Of a stretch of DNA of 64,000 nucleotides, positions 28,652-38,492 are shown piece after piece; positions within the stretch are counted from its first letter, which is position 1; each line of letters opens with the position of its first letter. The DNA is taken from contig OZ253564.1 in assembly GCA_965262915.1 (NCBI GenBank), positions 3,680,001-3,744,000 of the forward strand, given 5' to 3'. Under the pieces are notes generated by a model, which was given only the letters and a program-made list of their open reading frames with translations, did not search any database and had not been told where the DNA came from. The position numbers and the translations under genes were made by a program. This DNA is from Candidatus Spongiisociaceae bacterium (lineage in GTDB: Bacteria; Actinomycetota; Acidimicrobiia; Spongiisociales; Spongiisociaceae).

Positions 28652-29314
28652 GTGGGCGAGCAGACATCGAGTCAGGCTCAGTGGTTCTGGGATAACACCG
28701 ACGACATATGGTCCGCGATCATAAGCCACCCTTTCCTCGTCGAACTCGAAGCAGGAACACTCCCCGACGAGGTACTCCGCTTCTACTTCGAGCAGAACCT
28801 CCAGTACGTCGACGCCGTCTACAGATGCCGGCTGGTTGCGGCCGCCAAGGCTCCCGACAAGGAAACCTTCGACCTGCTCACACGCGATTGGAACCTCGAG
28901 CCCAGCGACGAGCGGCAGGGAGACTTGCTCGTGAGTTTCGGAGGCGACCCTGACAACCTGCCGCCTATGGCACCGGCGTGCCGGGGTTACACGTATCACA
29001 TGTGGTACAACGCTCTCGACGGGCGCACCATCGATTGGCTGGCCAGCTTCGTCGCCTGCCCTTGGACATACGACCTGATCGGAGAACAAGTCTCGGGCAA
29101 CATCGGCGAGGAGCGCCGCGAGTCCTGGATGGAGTACTACGGCAGCAAGATCCACCATGACCTCATGGATGACTTCCGCGCTGCTGTCGACCGGCTGACG
29201 GTCGGCCTTGAACAGGATGACCTGGACGGGCTCCTCAAAAAGTGGCGCCTCGGCATGCGGTACGAATGGATGTTCTGGGACGACGCCTACCACATGCGGA
29301 GTTGGCCCGTCTGA
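28652..29314 (+). CDS. tenA: TenA family protein (Cys-type, QN variant), paralog 2
   Basis: 'HPFL.ELE.GTL', 'YFEQN', 'ACPWTY', 'YEWMFWDDAY'; GGAGG before GTG 28652. Confidence 0.8.
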   Translation: MGEQTSSQAQWFWDNTDDIWSAIISHPFLVELEAGTLPDEVLRFYFEQNLQYVDAVYRCRLVAAAKAPDKETFDLLTRDWNLEPSDERQGDLLVSFGGDPDNLPPMAPACRGYTYHMWYNALDGRTIDWLASFVACPWTYDLIGEQVSGNIGEERRESWMEYYGSKIHHDLMDDFRAAVDRLTVGLEQDDLDGLLKKWRLGMRYEWMFWDDAYHMRSWPV

Positions 29315-29450
29315 ACCGATCAAATCGCGTTTTCGCGTGACCCGCGACGTAGGCGCGGGTATCATCGATATCGCACGGAAGGCAACCCGGCCCTAGCGAC
29401 CCCTACGAATTAGGGCCCGAGCCTCGAAGCGCCCCTACGAGGGAGGCCCA

Positions 29451-31358
29451 ATGATCTGGAAGAGGTTCTGCTACCCAATCACATTGCTGGTGGCTTTCGC
29501 AATCGTTGCCGCCGCGTGCGGCGCCGACGACGAGCCGGCCACCACAGCCGCACCCGCCACCACAGCCGCACCCGCCACCACAGCGGCGGCGACCACGGCC
29601 GAGTCCGCCGGAACGGAGGCTCCCACCACCACAGCGGCGGCGACCACGGCCGAGTCCGCCGGAACGGAGGCTCCCACCACCACAGCGGCGGCGACCGCCA
29701 CCACACCACCGACCACCCAGCCACCGGAGGTCGAGGAGGGTGACGTGATGCGGGCCCCGGACCGCGTGCAGGACGCCGAGACGGTCGTGATCGCGTGGAC
29801 GGGCTATTACAACAGTCTCGATCCGCCCGACAGCCTCGTGAACTTCAACCGTGAGGCCAGCGCCGCCATGTATGACCGCCTCCTCACGTACTCGCTCACC
29901 GAGCGCGAGGACGGAACGCTCGTATGGGACGGCCTCGGGGTGGCGCCAGGGCTCGCCGAGAGCTGGGCGATCGACGGTGGATCGGTTACGTACACGATCC
30001 GCCAGGGCGTGACGTTCAACAAGACCGGCAACCCCTTGACGGCCCACGACATCTGGTACTCCTTCGTGCGGGCTGTCGAGGTGCCCGGGTTCGGGACTTT
30101 CAACTCGGGCCTCGCCGGTATCTTCGAACCATCCCGCCAGCTCACGGTGATCGATGACCACACGATCCGCTTCGACCACGAGTTGACCGATGGGACCCCC
30201 TTCCTGCTGAAGGCTTCGTTACCGAGCATGCGGTTCCCGATCTTCGGGATCGTGGACTCTGTCGAGGTGAAGGCCCGCGCCACGGACGAGGATCCGTGGG
30301 GCCACGAGTGGCTCAAGGAGAACCCGGAGGGCTCAGGCCCTTACGTCATCGAATCGGCGACACCCGGTACCGAGTTGATCCTGAGCCGTGTCCAGGGCCA
30401 TTGGACCGAGGGTGACCAGAGCCAACTCGGGCGGGCCTACAACGGCTTCGACCGAGTGATATACCGGACGCTCAACAGCCCGGCGGACATCACGGCGCTC
30501 ATGTTGGGGGGCGAGGTCGACGTGGCTTTCGCCCTGGGAACCAGGGAACTCACCGCCTTGGGCGAGGCGGGCTTCACGATCGTGAACGCCGAGATTCCCG
30601 ATATCTGGCGCCTCGACCTCCCGGTGACGACGCCGCCCTTCGACAACCCGGCAGTGCGTCAGGCGATCGCGCACGCGGTGCCCTACGACACGATCGTGGA
30701 GAACGTATTCTCGAACGCGACGCGCGCCTACTCCATCGTCAACCCGGCTTCGCCCTCGTTCATCCCGGAGTGGGACTACGACACGGACCTTGACAAGGCC
30801 CGCGACCTGCTGGCGGAGGCCGGCCTGGCAGACGGGTTCGCCACCGAGCTCTTCTACAACTCGGCGCGCCAGGAGTGGGAGGACATCGCCCTCTTCCTCC
30901 AGGCCAGCCTCGGAGAGGTGGGGATCGAGCTCACCCTCCGTCCGCGACCTGCGACGCAGTTCCAGGAAGAGACGACGGCCCGTTACGCCGACGACACGGT
31001 GATGCCCGGCATCCAGATGCGCAACGGGTTGATATGGCTGGACGACGCTGATCCCAACGTCGGTCTGTGGCTCGTGACCCGCGGGTTCCCGGGCCCGGTC
31101 GGTGTGGGCGGGTTCTCGAACGCCAGCCACTACTCGAACATCGAGGTGGACACCCTGCACTTCGAGAACCGGTTCAACCCGGATCTCGAAGCACGGGCCG
31201 AGGCCTACCGCGAGGTCCAGCGGATCGGAGCGCGCGACCTTCCGATGATCCCGCTGGCGGTGCGCGGGTTCCCGGGCGCCGTCCATCCGGCGATCACCGG
31301 CGTGGCGTTCACGGCCGACCCGCATCTACGGTCGTACCTGTTGAGGCCGGCCGGGTGA
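29451..31358 (+). CDS. ABC substrate-binding lipoprotein, family 5 (DppA/OppA-like)
   Basis: Lipobox AAACG, Thr/Ala linker, 'PGLAESW', 'GSGPY', 'VRQAIAHA'. Confidence 0.9.
   Translation: MIWKRFCYPITLLVAFAIVAAACGADDEPATTAAPATTAAPATTAAATTAESAGTEAPTTTAAATTAESAGTEAPTTTAAATATTPPTTQPPEVEEGDVMRAPDRVQDAETVVIAWTGYYNSLDPPDSLVNFNREASAAMYDRLLTYSLTEREDGTLVWDGLGVAPGLAESWAIDGGSVTYTIRQGVTFNKTGNPLTAHDIWYSFVRAVEVPGFGTFNSGLAGIFEPSRQLTVIDDHTIRFDHELTDGTPFLLKASLPSMRFPIFGIVDSVEVKARATDEDPWGHEWLKENPEGSGPYVIESATPGTELILSRVQGHWTEGDQSQLGRAYNGFDRVIYRTLNSPADITALMLGGEVDVAFALGTRELTALGEAGFTIVNAEIPDIWRLDLPVTTPPFDNPAVRQAIAHAVPYDTIVENVFSNATRAYSIVNPASPSFIPEWDYDTDLDKARDLLAEAGLADGFATELFYNSARQEWEDIALFLQASLGEVGIELTLRPRPATQFQEETTARYADDTVMPGIQMRNGLIWLDDADPNVGLWLVTRGFPGPVGVGGFSNASHYSNIEVDTLHFENRFNPDLEARAEAYREVQRIGARDLPMIPLAVRGFPGAVHPAITGVAFTADPHLRSYLLRPAG
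29538..29700 (+). repeat. Intragenic tandem repeats (18-bp PATTAA units, then 51-bp x2) encoding the SBP linker
   Basis: GCCACCACAGCCGCACCC repeated, then a 51-bp unit encoding TTAAATTAESAGTEAPT twice. Confidence 0.85.
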
Positions 31359-31378
31359 CACGAGCGGCTTTCGAGCCG

Positions 31379-31417
31379 AACGACCGCGGCGTGATCACTG
31401 ATCGCGCCGCGGTCGTT
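31379..31417 (+). terminator. Strong hairpin after SBP gene (mRNA stabiliser or partial terminator)
   Basis: AACGACCGCGGCGTGATCA-c-TGATCGCGCCGCGGTCGTT. Confidence 0.6.
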
Positions 31418-31468
31418 TCGTTCACGTATTCCACTTCCGCGCCGCCTCCGACGGAGGCCTGATCGGGG

Positions 31469-32485
31469 ATGGACTCCGGCCTGTCCCGCCAGCTGGTCAT
31501 CAGGCTCCTGTTGGTGCTCCCCGTCATCTTCGGGGTGGTCACCCTGACCTTCCTGGTGTCACGGGTGTTCGCGCCCGATCCGGTAGCGCTCTATATCCCT
31601 CCGCAGGCCGATGAGGAGCTCCGCCAAAAGATCAGGGCCGAGTTGGGCTTCGACAAGTCGATCCCCGATCAGTACGCGGTCTTCCTCGCCGACCTCGCCC
31701 AGGGTGACTTGGGTGAATCGACGATCACGGGGCGGCCCGTCACGAGCGACCTGTGGGACCGTCTCCCCGCGACGATGGAGCTGGCCCTCTTGTCGCTCAC
31801 CTTCGCCGTCGTGGTCGGTGTCCCGCTGGGGGTACTGGCCGGCGCGAAGCGTGACGGCGCGGTGGACTTCTCCGTGAGAGGCATCACCCTGATCGGAATG
31901 GCGTTGCCGTCGTTCTGGCTCGGCCTCGTGCTCATCCTGATCTTCTTCGTGTATCTCGGTTGGTTACCCGGGCCGGTCGGCCGGCTTCCGCTCGGCGCCG
32001 CGGCACCCGACAAGATCACCGGGCTCTACACCCTCGACAGCCTCATTCAGGGCGACTTATCGATGTGGTGGGAATCGTTCCGCCACCTGATACTGCCGGG
32101 CGTCACGCTCGGGGTGGTGATCATGGCGCCGATCACGAGGGTGGCGCGCGCCTCGATGGTCGAGGTCATGCGCTCCGAGTACATCCGCACGCCCAAGGCG
32201 TTGGGCATCGGCAAGCAGACCATCTACTTCCGCTACGCCCTCAAGAACGCCCTATTGCCGATCATCACCATGATCGGAACGATCGTAGGCTTCGTCTTCA
32301 CCGGCGCGGTGCTCGTGGAGGCGGTCTTCAACTGGCCGGGCATGGGCAAGTACGGGCTGGACGCCATTGTCAAGTCCGATTTCACCGCGCTCCAGGGCTT
32401 TGTCGTGATCGCATCGGTTTCCTACATCGTGGCGTTCTTCCTGGTCGATGTCGTGTACATGCTGATAGACCCGAGGACGAGATGA
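31469..32485 (+). CDS. ABC permease (DppB-like)
   Basis: 'RLPATMELA', 'PSFWLG', EAA-loop region 'RASMVEV...EYIRT..ALG', 'VEAVFNWPGMG'. Confidence 0.9.
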   Translation: MDSGLSRQLVIRLLLVLPVIFGVVTLTFLVSRVFAPDPVALYIPPQADEELRQKIRAELGFDKSIPDQYAVFLADLAQGDLGESTITGRPVTSDLWDRLPATMELALLSLTFAVVVGVPLGVLAGAKRDGAVDFSVRGITLIGMALPSFWLGLVLILIFFVYLGWLPGPVGRLPLGAAAPDKITGLYTLDSLIQGDLSMWWESFRHLILPGVTLGVVIMAPITRVARASMVEVMRSEYIRTPKALGIGKQTIYFRYALKNALLPIITMIGTIVGFVFTGAVLVEAVFNWPGMGKYGLDAIVKSDFTALQGFVVIASVSYIVAFFLVDVVYMLIDPRTR

Positions 32486-32495
32486 GGAGGATGTC

Positions 32496-33401
32496 ATGAT
32501 CGACATGACGCGGGACCTGCTCCCGGAGGGCGATTCCTTGGATGCCATCGCCCCCGGGCGCACCAGGTGGGGGAAGATCCGTTACGTCTTCGGCCAAAGC
32601 AAGAGCCTGACGGCCGGGACGATCATCGTCGGCATATTCATCCTGATCGCGTTGCTCGCCAAGTTCATCACCACGTACGATCCCGGCGCCGTACTCACCG
32701 GCGCCCCGTTGTCCGGCCTCAGCGGCGAGCATTGGTTCGGCACCGACAAGGTGGGCTCGGACGTGTTCTCCAAGACGATTGCCGCCACCGCGCTCGATCT
32801 GCGGATCACGGTGTCGGCGGTGGTTACAGCCCTGGTGGCCGGTGTCGTGCTCGGTACTGTTGCCGGCTACTACGCCGGGATAGTCGACCTCGTCCTGCTG
32901 CGCCTCCTCGAGATCCTCCAGTCGATCCCGACCTTGCTGCTGGCGATGATGGTGGTGGTGGCCATCGGGCCCGGGGAGGCGAACGTGGTCGTGGTCATGG
33001 CCTTCATCGGCATGCCCTACTACGCGCGCCTGGTGCGGGCCGAGATCCTCACCAAGCGCACCTGGGAGTTCGCGGAGGCGGCTCGAATGGTGGGTGGATC
33101 GGCGATGCGGGTAGCCTTCCGCCATCTGCTCCCGAACAGCCTCTCGCCGGTACTGGCGTACGCGTCGGTCAACGCGGCGTGGGTGGTGCTGGTGACGGCC
33201 GCGCTCGGGTTCCTCGGCATCGGCATCGAACCGGGCACCGCCGAGTGGGGATCGATGATCGCCCGGGGGCAGACGGAGATCATCACCGGCGAGTGGTGGG
33301 TCTCCGTGTTTCCGGGGCTGTTCGTCCTTATCCTCACTGCGGGTTTCTACCTGCTCGGCGACGGCGTACGCGACGTGATGGACCCGAGGTCACGGAAGTG
33401 A
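32496..33401 (+). CDS. ABC permease (DppC-like)
   Basis: 'HWFGTD..G.DVFS', 'FAEAAR..G', 'HLLPN', 'EWGSMI'. Confidence 0.9.
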   Translation: MIDMTRDLLPEGDSLDAIAPGRTRWGKIRYVFGQSKSLTAGTIIVGIFILIALLAKFITTYDPGAVLTGAPLSGLSGEHWFGTDKVGSDVFSKTIAATALDLRITVSAVVTALVAGVVLGTVAGYYAGIVDLVLLRLLEILQSIPTLLLAMMVVVAIGPGEANVVVVMAFIGMPYYARLVRAEILTKRTWEFAEAARMVGGSAMRVAFRHLLPNSLSPVLAYASVNAAWVVLVTAALGFLGIGIEPGTAEWGSMIARGQTEIITGEWWVSVFPGLFVLILTAGFYLLGDGVRDVMDPRSRK

Positions 33402-33417
33402 AGGCAGGGAGGTTCTG

Positions 33418-34446
33418 ATGGCCGGGAACCTCGTCGAGATCCGCGACCTGCAGGGCTACTTCGACACGATCGGTGGGGAGGTCCATGCTCTCAACGGTGT
33501 CAGCTTCACCATCGAGGAGGGCAAGGTGACCGGCCTCGTCGGCGAGACCGGCTCCGGTAAGACGATGACCTCGCTCAACATCCCCCGCCTCATGCCGGAC
33601 AACTTCCGCTACATCTCGGGCCAGGTGCTGTTCCGCGGTAAAGACGTTCTCACCTGGCCGGAGGAGCGAATGGAACTCTTCCGCGGTGACGGTGTGGGTA
33701 TCGCCTTCCAGGATCCCAAGGCCGCCCTCAACCCGGTGTTCACGGTCGGGGAGCAACTCGGCCGCGCACTACGAACCCACACCGAGGCCACCAAGGGCGA
33801 GGCCAGGCAGGCGGCGCTCCGGATACTGGAACGGGTCAGGATCACCGACCCACGGCGCACCATCCGCCAGTACGCACACGAACTGAGCGGTGGTATGGCG
33901 CAGCGGGTCATGATCGCGCTGGCGGTGATCCACCCCCCCAAACTTCTGATCCTGGACGAGCCGACCACCGGGCTCGATGTCACGGTTCAGGCGGAGATCA
34001 TCTCCATGCTCCGGGACCTGGTCGAGTCCATGGGGCTTACGGTGCTGCTGATCACCCACGATCTCGGGGTGGTGGGCGAGTTATGTGACAACGTGGCGGT
34101 GATGTACGCCGGTCGGACCATGGAGTTCGGTGACATCAGCCAGATTTTCGAGCGACCCGCCAACCCGTACACGAGGGAACTCCTCCGATCTACCGAGAGC
34201 GTCGAGGGCGGGGTGGGGGACCTGTACAGCATCCGCGGCGCCCCGCCCGACCTCCGGAACCTGCCTCAGGGGTGTTTCTTCCAGGATCGTTGCCCGTCAG
34301 CAGAGGACATCTGCCGGACGGTTCCACCTGTGGTCGAAGTGGAGCCGGGCCACGTTTCGATGTGCCACTTCGCCGAGCGCTATCACTCGATGCCGGGACC
34401 TCTCCACATCACCAGGGGCGCCGACGCAGAAGGAGGCCGGGAGTGA
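33418..34446 (+). CDS. ABC ATPase (DppD-like)
   Basis: GETGSGKT, LSGGMAQR, DEPTT, C-terminal Cys cluster. Confidence 0.9.
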   Translation: MAGNLVEIRDLQGYFDTIGGEVHALNGVSFTIEEGKVTGLVGETGSGKTMTSLNIPRLMPDNFRYISGQVLFRGKDVLTWPEERMELFRGDGVGIAFQDPKAALNPVFTVGEQLGRALRTHTEATKGEARQAALRILERVRITDPRRTIRQYAHELSGGMAQRVMIALAVIHPPKLLILDEPTTGLDVTVQAEIISMLRDLVESMGLTVLLITHDLGVVGELCDNVAVMYAGRTMEFGDISQIFERPANPYTRELLRSTESVEGGVGDLYSIRGAPPDLRNLPQGCFFQDRCPSAEDICRTVPPVVEVEPGHVSMCHFAERYHSMPGPLHITRGADAEGGRE

Positions 34447-35273
34447 CGCCCGGCAGCAACGGAACTCTTCTCACGGTTCGAGGCCTCACCAAGCACTTCC
34501 ACCGGGGTGTCTGGCCCCGCAAGCAAACCATCGTGGCCGTCGACAATGTCGACCTCCATGTGACCAGAGGGGAGAGCGTCGGGCTGGTCGGCGAAAGCGG
34601 ATCCGGCAAGACGACCACGGCCCGCAGCATCCTGCGGCTGGTCGACCCGACCTCAGGTGAGATCGACTTCGACGGTATCCGGGTTGATCAGACCCCCAGA
34701 TACAGAGTACGCCGCCTCTACCGGAACATGCAGATGGTCTTCCAGGATCCGAACTCGTCGCTGAATCCGCGCATGACGGTGCGCGATATCGTCACCGAGC
34801 CCCTGAAGCTCCACCTGAACATGTCGGGTCGGGAACAGGAGGAACGGGCCAATGAGATAATGTCCCTGGTGGGTCTGCGCGGCTTCCACCTCGATCGATA
34901 TCCCGGCCAGCTCAGCGGAGGCCAGCGCCAGCGGGTCGGTATCGGTCGGGCAATAGCCACCCACCCCAAGCTGGTCTTCCTCGACGAGCCCACCTCCTCG
35001 CTCGACGTGTCGGTGCGGGGTCAGGTGATGCAGCTGCTGGTCGATCTGCAGCGGGAGATGAACATGTCCTACGTGCTCATCAGCCACGACCTCGGAGTGG
35101 TGCGGCAGCTCAGCAGGCGGGTGATGGTCATGTTCGACGGTCGTATCGTGGAGGAAGGCCCCACCCGGCAGGTGTTCGAGCATCCCCGAGACGACTACAC
35201 CAAGAGGCTGCTGGCGGCCATCCCGTCCATGGATGGCTACCGCCGCAGGAGACAGCAGGGAGGAACCAGGTGA
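34443..35273 (+). CDS. ABC ATPase (DppF-like)
   Basis: [21 protein letters not shown]. Confidence 0.9.
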   Translation: MTPGSNGTLLTVRGLTKHFHRGVWPRKQTIVAVDNVDLHVTRGESVGLVGESGSGKTTTARSILRLVDPTSGEIDFDGIRVDQTPRYRVRRLYRNMQMVFQDPNSSLNPRMTVRDIVTEPLKLHLNMSGREQEERANEIMSLVGLRGFHLDRYPGQLSGGQRQRVGIGRAIATHPKLVFLDEPTSSLDVSVRGQVMQLLVDLQREMNMSYVLISHDLGVVRQLSRRVMVMFDGRIVEEGPTRQVFEHPRDDYTKRLLAAIPSMDGYRRRRQQGGTR

Positions 35274-36235
35274 GCCGTGTCGTAGACGCCCACATCCACA
35301 TCTTCCGGGAACCTTCCTGGAGTCCCGAATCGCAGAAGGCCATGCCCACCTCCTGGGTGAACCAGGTTCGGTGGTTCGACATGGACGCCGACGACGCCAA
35401 GCGCCGCTACCGGGAGTCGGTGGACGCCTGCTGGGATCCCGACGGCGCCAAGACCATCGCCCGCATGGACGAGGCCGGCGTGGATGTCTCGGTGACCATG
35501 CCGATGGACCGGGGGCTCCTCACCGGCGACGAGGGCGTCGTGCCCTTCGAGGAGAAGAACGAGGGCTACTACGAGCTCACCCGGATGTGGCCGGGACGCA
35601 TCTATTCCTTCTGCGGAGTTGATCCCCGCCGTCCGAACGCCGCGAAGTTCCTCGAGAAGGCGATCGTCGACTGGGGATTCCTGGGTCTCAAGCTGTACCC
35701 CACAACCGGGTTCTACCCCGACGACGAGATCGTCCATCCCCTTTACGAAGTCTGCCGTGAGTTCGACGTTCCGGTCCTGCTGCACCAGGGGCATTCAGGC
35801 GGCCGTCTCAAGAGCAAGTACGGTCACCCGATGTACGTGGACTCGGCGGCGGCGGACTTCCCCGAGGTACGTTTCATCCTCGGCCACGGCGCCCGTTTCG
35901 AAACCTGGGCGAAGGAAGCCATGAGCGTGGCGATCTACAAGACCAACGTCCACCTCGAGATCAGCCTCTGGCAGCACTGGGCCAGCGTCGACGACCTGGT
36001 GAGGACCTTCGTCTGGATCAGGGACCGGATCGGCATCGACAGGTTGCTGTTCGGCAGCGACATGACCAACGTCGAGGTGTCCATGACGTTGAAGGAATGG
36101 GTGGACGTGATCCGTATGCTGCCGGAGTGGGCCAAACAACTCGGGTTCCGCCTCAGTCAAGAGGAGATCAACCTTGTCCTCGGTGGCAATACCGAGCGCG
36201 TGTACCGGATCCCACCGGTCGAGGAATCCGAGTAA
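35270..36235 (+). CDS. Amidohydrolase_2 family, close paralog of 12125/15425
   Basis: DAHIH, '[11 protein letters not shown]', 'PVLLHQGHS', 'LFGSDM'; collinear with copies 1 and 2 but with ordinary high-GC codons. Confidence 0.85.
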   Translation: MSRVVDAHIHIFREPSWSPESQKAMPTSWVNQVRWFDMDADDAKRRYRESVDACWDPDGAKTIARMDEAGVDVSVTMPMDRGLLTGDEGVVPFEEKNEGYYELTRMWPGRIYSFCGVDPRRPNAAKFLEKAIVDWGFLGLKLYPTTGFYPDDEIVHPLYEVCREFDVPVLLHQGHSGGRLKSKYGHPMYVDSAAADFPEVRFILGHGARFETWAKEAMSVAIYKTNVHLEISLWQHWASVDDLVRTFVWIRDRIGIDRLLFGSDMTNVEVSMTLKEWVDVIRMLPEWAKQLGFRLSQEEINLVLGGNTERVYRIPPVEESE

Positions 36236-36272
36236 CCGGTATGAGATCGTCCCAAGCGACCAAGGAGACCCG

Positions 36273-36920
36273 ATGAGCTGGACCCACTACATGTACGAGC
36301 AGACCAAGGACATGTGGGAAAGGATCTACGAACACCCATTCCTGAGAGACTTGGCGGCCGGAACTCTCTCCGACGAGCGCCTCGCGTTCTATTTCGAGCA
36401 GAACACCCACTACATCAACAACGTGGTGAAGTGCCGCTCGATCGCGACGGCCAAGGCCCACAACAACGAGATACGGGACTTCTTCCTGAGCCGCACGGCG
36501 ATGGTGGTGGACGAGCTCTACCACCAAGAGGACATGTTGCGCCGGGTCGGCGGCCAGGCCGGCGCCCGGATCGCCCCCACCTGCCATGCCTACACCCGCC
36601 ACATCCTCAACCTGGTGTGGACGAAGGACCCGGTCGAGTACCTCGGGTCGTTCATGCCGTGCCCGTGGACGTATGACGAGATCGGGATCCAGTTGCGCAG
36701 CGCCGATCTCCAAGGCGCGCCCGCCGAGTGGTGGGAGTTCTACATGAGCGTGGAACACAACGAACTGGTGGCCAACTACCGCGCATTCGTGGACAAGTAC
36801 TCCGAGGGCCTATCGGATGAGCGGCGGCAGCAGATGCTGGACAACTTCATCATCAGCACCAACTACGAGTACCGGTTCTGGGACATGGCCTACAACCTCG
36901 AACAATGGCCCCTCGGCTAG
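36273..36920 (+). CDS. tenA: TenA family protein (Cys-type, QN variant), paralog 3
   Basis: 'HPFL.DL..GTL', 'YFEQN', 'MPCPWTYDEIG', 'YEYRFWDMAY'. Confidence 0.85.
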   Translation: MSWTHYMYEQTKDMWERIYEHPFLRDLAAGTLSDERLAFYFEQNTHYINNVVKCRSIATAKAHNNEIRDFFLSRTAMVVDELYHQEDMLRRVGGQAGARIAPTCHAYTRHILNLVWTKDPVEYLGSFMPCPWTYDEIGIQLRSADLQGAPAEWWEFYMSVEHNELVANYRAFVDKYSEGLSDERRQQMLDNFIISTNYEYRFWDMAYNLEQWPLG

Positions 36921-36933
36921 GTCGGGTGCACCC

Positions 36934-38490
36934 GTGAGCCGCCTGCTTGTCGTCGGGGACCCGGTCGTAGCGCTGGCCGGAAGCCATAGCGATATCGTCA
37001 CCGACGGTGCGTTGATCATCGAAGGCCGCCGGGTCGAGGCGCTGGGACGTCGCGAAGATCTCGAGAAACGGGGTCCTTTCGACCGCGTGGTCGGCTCGCC
37101 GCAACACGTCGTGATGCCCGGGTTCATCAACGGGCACTTCCATTCGATGGGGGCAGGTTCACCCGGCCTGTTCCAGTACGTCTTCGAGCGGATGAACACC
37201 CGTATCTTCCGCCGTGCCCTCACCGACGAGGACAGCAGAACCATCATCCTGGTGGCTCTGATGCGGGCGATCCGAGGCGGCCAGACCGGCGCCGTGGACT
37301 TCAACTACGGCAACCCCTCGCTGGCCGACTTCGGCAACCCTCCGATCCTCGACGCCTACCGCACCATCGGGATGCGGGTGGCTCTCGGCATGGTTACTCG
37401 CGACCAGAACATCTACGTCCATGCCCCCGACGAGGTGTTCCTGGCCTCCCTACCTGAGGATCTCGCCCGCCAGGTACGGGAATCGACCATGGGATACGCC
37501 TGGCCCACCGACGATGTGGTGGCGGCCTACCGGCGGGTCCACGCCGAGTGGGACGGCTGCGACGGGCGGCTACGGGTGATCCTCGCCCCGGATTGGACGC
37601 CCGCCTGCTCGGACGAGCTCTACCTGCTTAACCGCCGCCTGGCGGATGAGTACGACACCGGTATCACGACCCATCTGCTCGAGACCCGCTCCGAGATGCT
37701 GTTCAACCTCGAGGCCTACGGCAAAACCGCCATGCGGAGGCTGGCCGATATCGGCGTGCTCGGACCTGACGTGAGTTGTGCCCACTTCGTCTGGGCAACC
37801 GATGAGGACATCCGGATCCTGGCCGACACCGGAGCGGTCGCGGTGAACAACCCCGGATCGAACCTGCGCCTGAGCACAGGCATAGCCCGCGCCCGTGACA
37901 TACTCGACTCGGGAGCCGCGCTGGCGTTCGGAACCGACTCGATCTCCTTCTCGGATGTGGAGGACTTCTTCCAGGAGTTGCGTCTCGCCATGTACCTGCA
38001 GCGCATTCCCGCCGAGTTGGAGATCGGACGGCTGGACTCGCTCGAAGTGCTCCGCCGAGCGGCCGCGAGCGGCGCCCGGGCGATCCGCCAGGAAGAGGCC
38101 TTGGGGTCGCTGGCCGAGGGGAAGGAGGCGGATCTGCTAGTGCTCAACAAGGAACGCCTCCTCTGGCCACCACCCAAATACGCGTCGGTTCCGATCCTGG
38201 ATGTCCTTGTTGACCGGGCCACCGGATCCGATCTGGAGACCGTCATGATCGCCGGACGGATCGTTCTCGACGACGGGCGGTTCACCACCGTCGACGAGGA
38301 GCGGATCCTGGCCGACTTCGCCGGGGCAGGAAAAGACCGGCTCTGGGTAGCGACCGAACAGGGGCGGAGAGAGGCCCGGTTGGCGGCCGATGTCGAGCCG
38401 TACGTCCTCGACTTCTATCGTGAGTGGGCGCTGAAGCCGCTGACCCCGGCGTACACGTACAACGCTCGAGTCCCGCCCCAGGAGAGATAG
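36934..38490 (+). CDS. Deaminase-like amidohydrolase, paralog C
   Basis: PGFINGHFH, APDWTPACSDELY, THLLE, HFVWATD, FGTD. Confidence 0.85.
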   Translation: MSRLLVVGDPVVALAGSHSDIVTDGALIIEGRRVEALGRREDLEKRGPFDRVVGSPQHVVMPGFINGHFHSMGAGSPGLFQYVFERMNTRIFRRALTDEDSRTIILVALMRAIRGGQTGAVDFNYGNPSLADFGNPPILDAYRTIGMRVALGMVTRDQNIYVHAPDEVFLASLPEDLARQVRESTMGYAWPTDDVVAAYRRVHAEWDGCDGRLRVILAPDWTPACSDELYLLNRRLADEYDTGITTHLLETRSEMLFNLEAYGKTAMRRLADIGVLGPDVSCAHFVWATDEDIRILADTGAVAVNNPGSNLRLSTGIARARDILDSGAALAFGTDSISFSDVEDFFQELRLAMYLQRIPAELEIGRLDSLEVLRRAAASGARAIRQEEALGSLAEGKEADLLVLNKERLLWPPPKYASVPILDVLVDRATGSDLETVMIAGRIVLDDGRFTTVDEERILADFAGAGKDRLWVATEQGRREARLAADVEPYVLDFYREWALKPLTPAYTYNARVPPQER

Positions 38491-38492
38491 AG

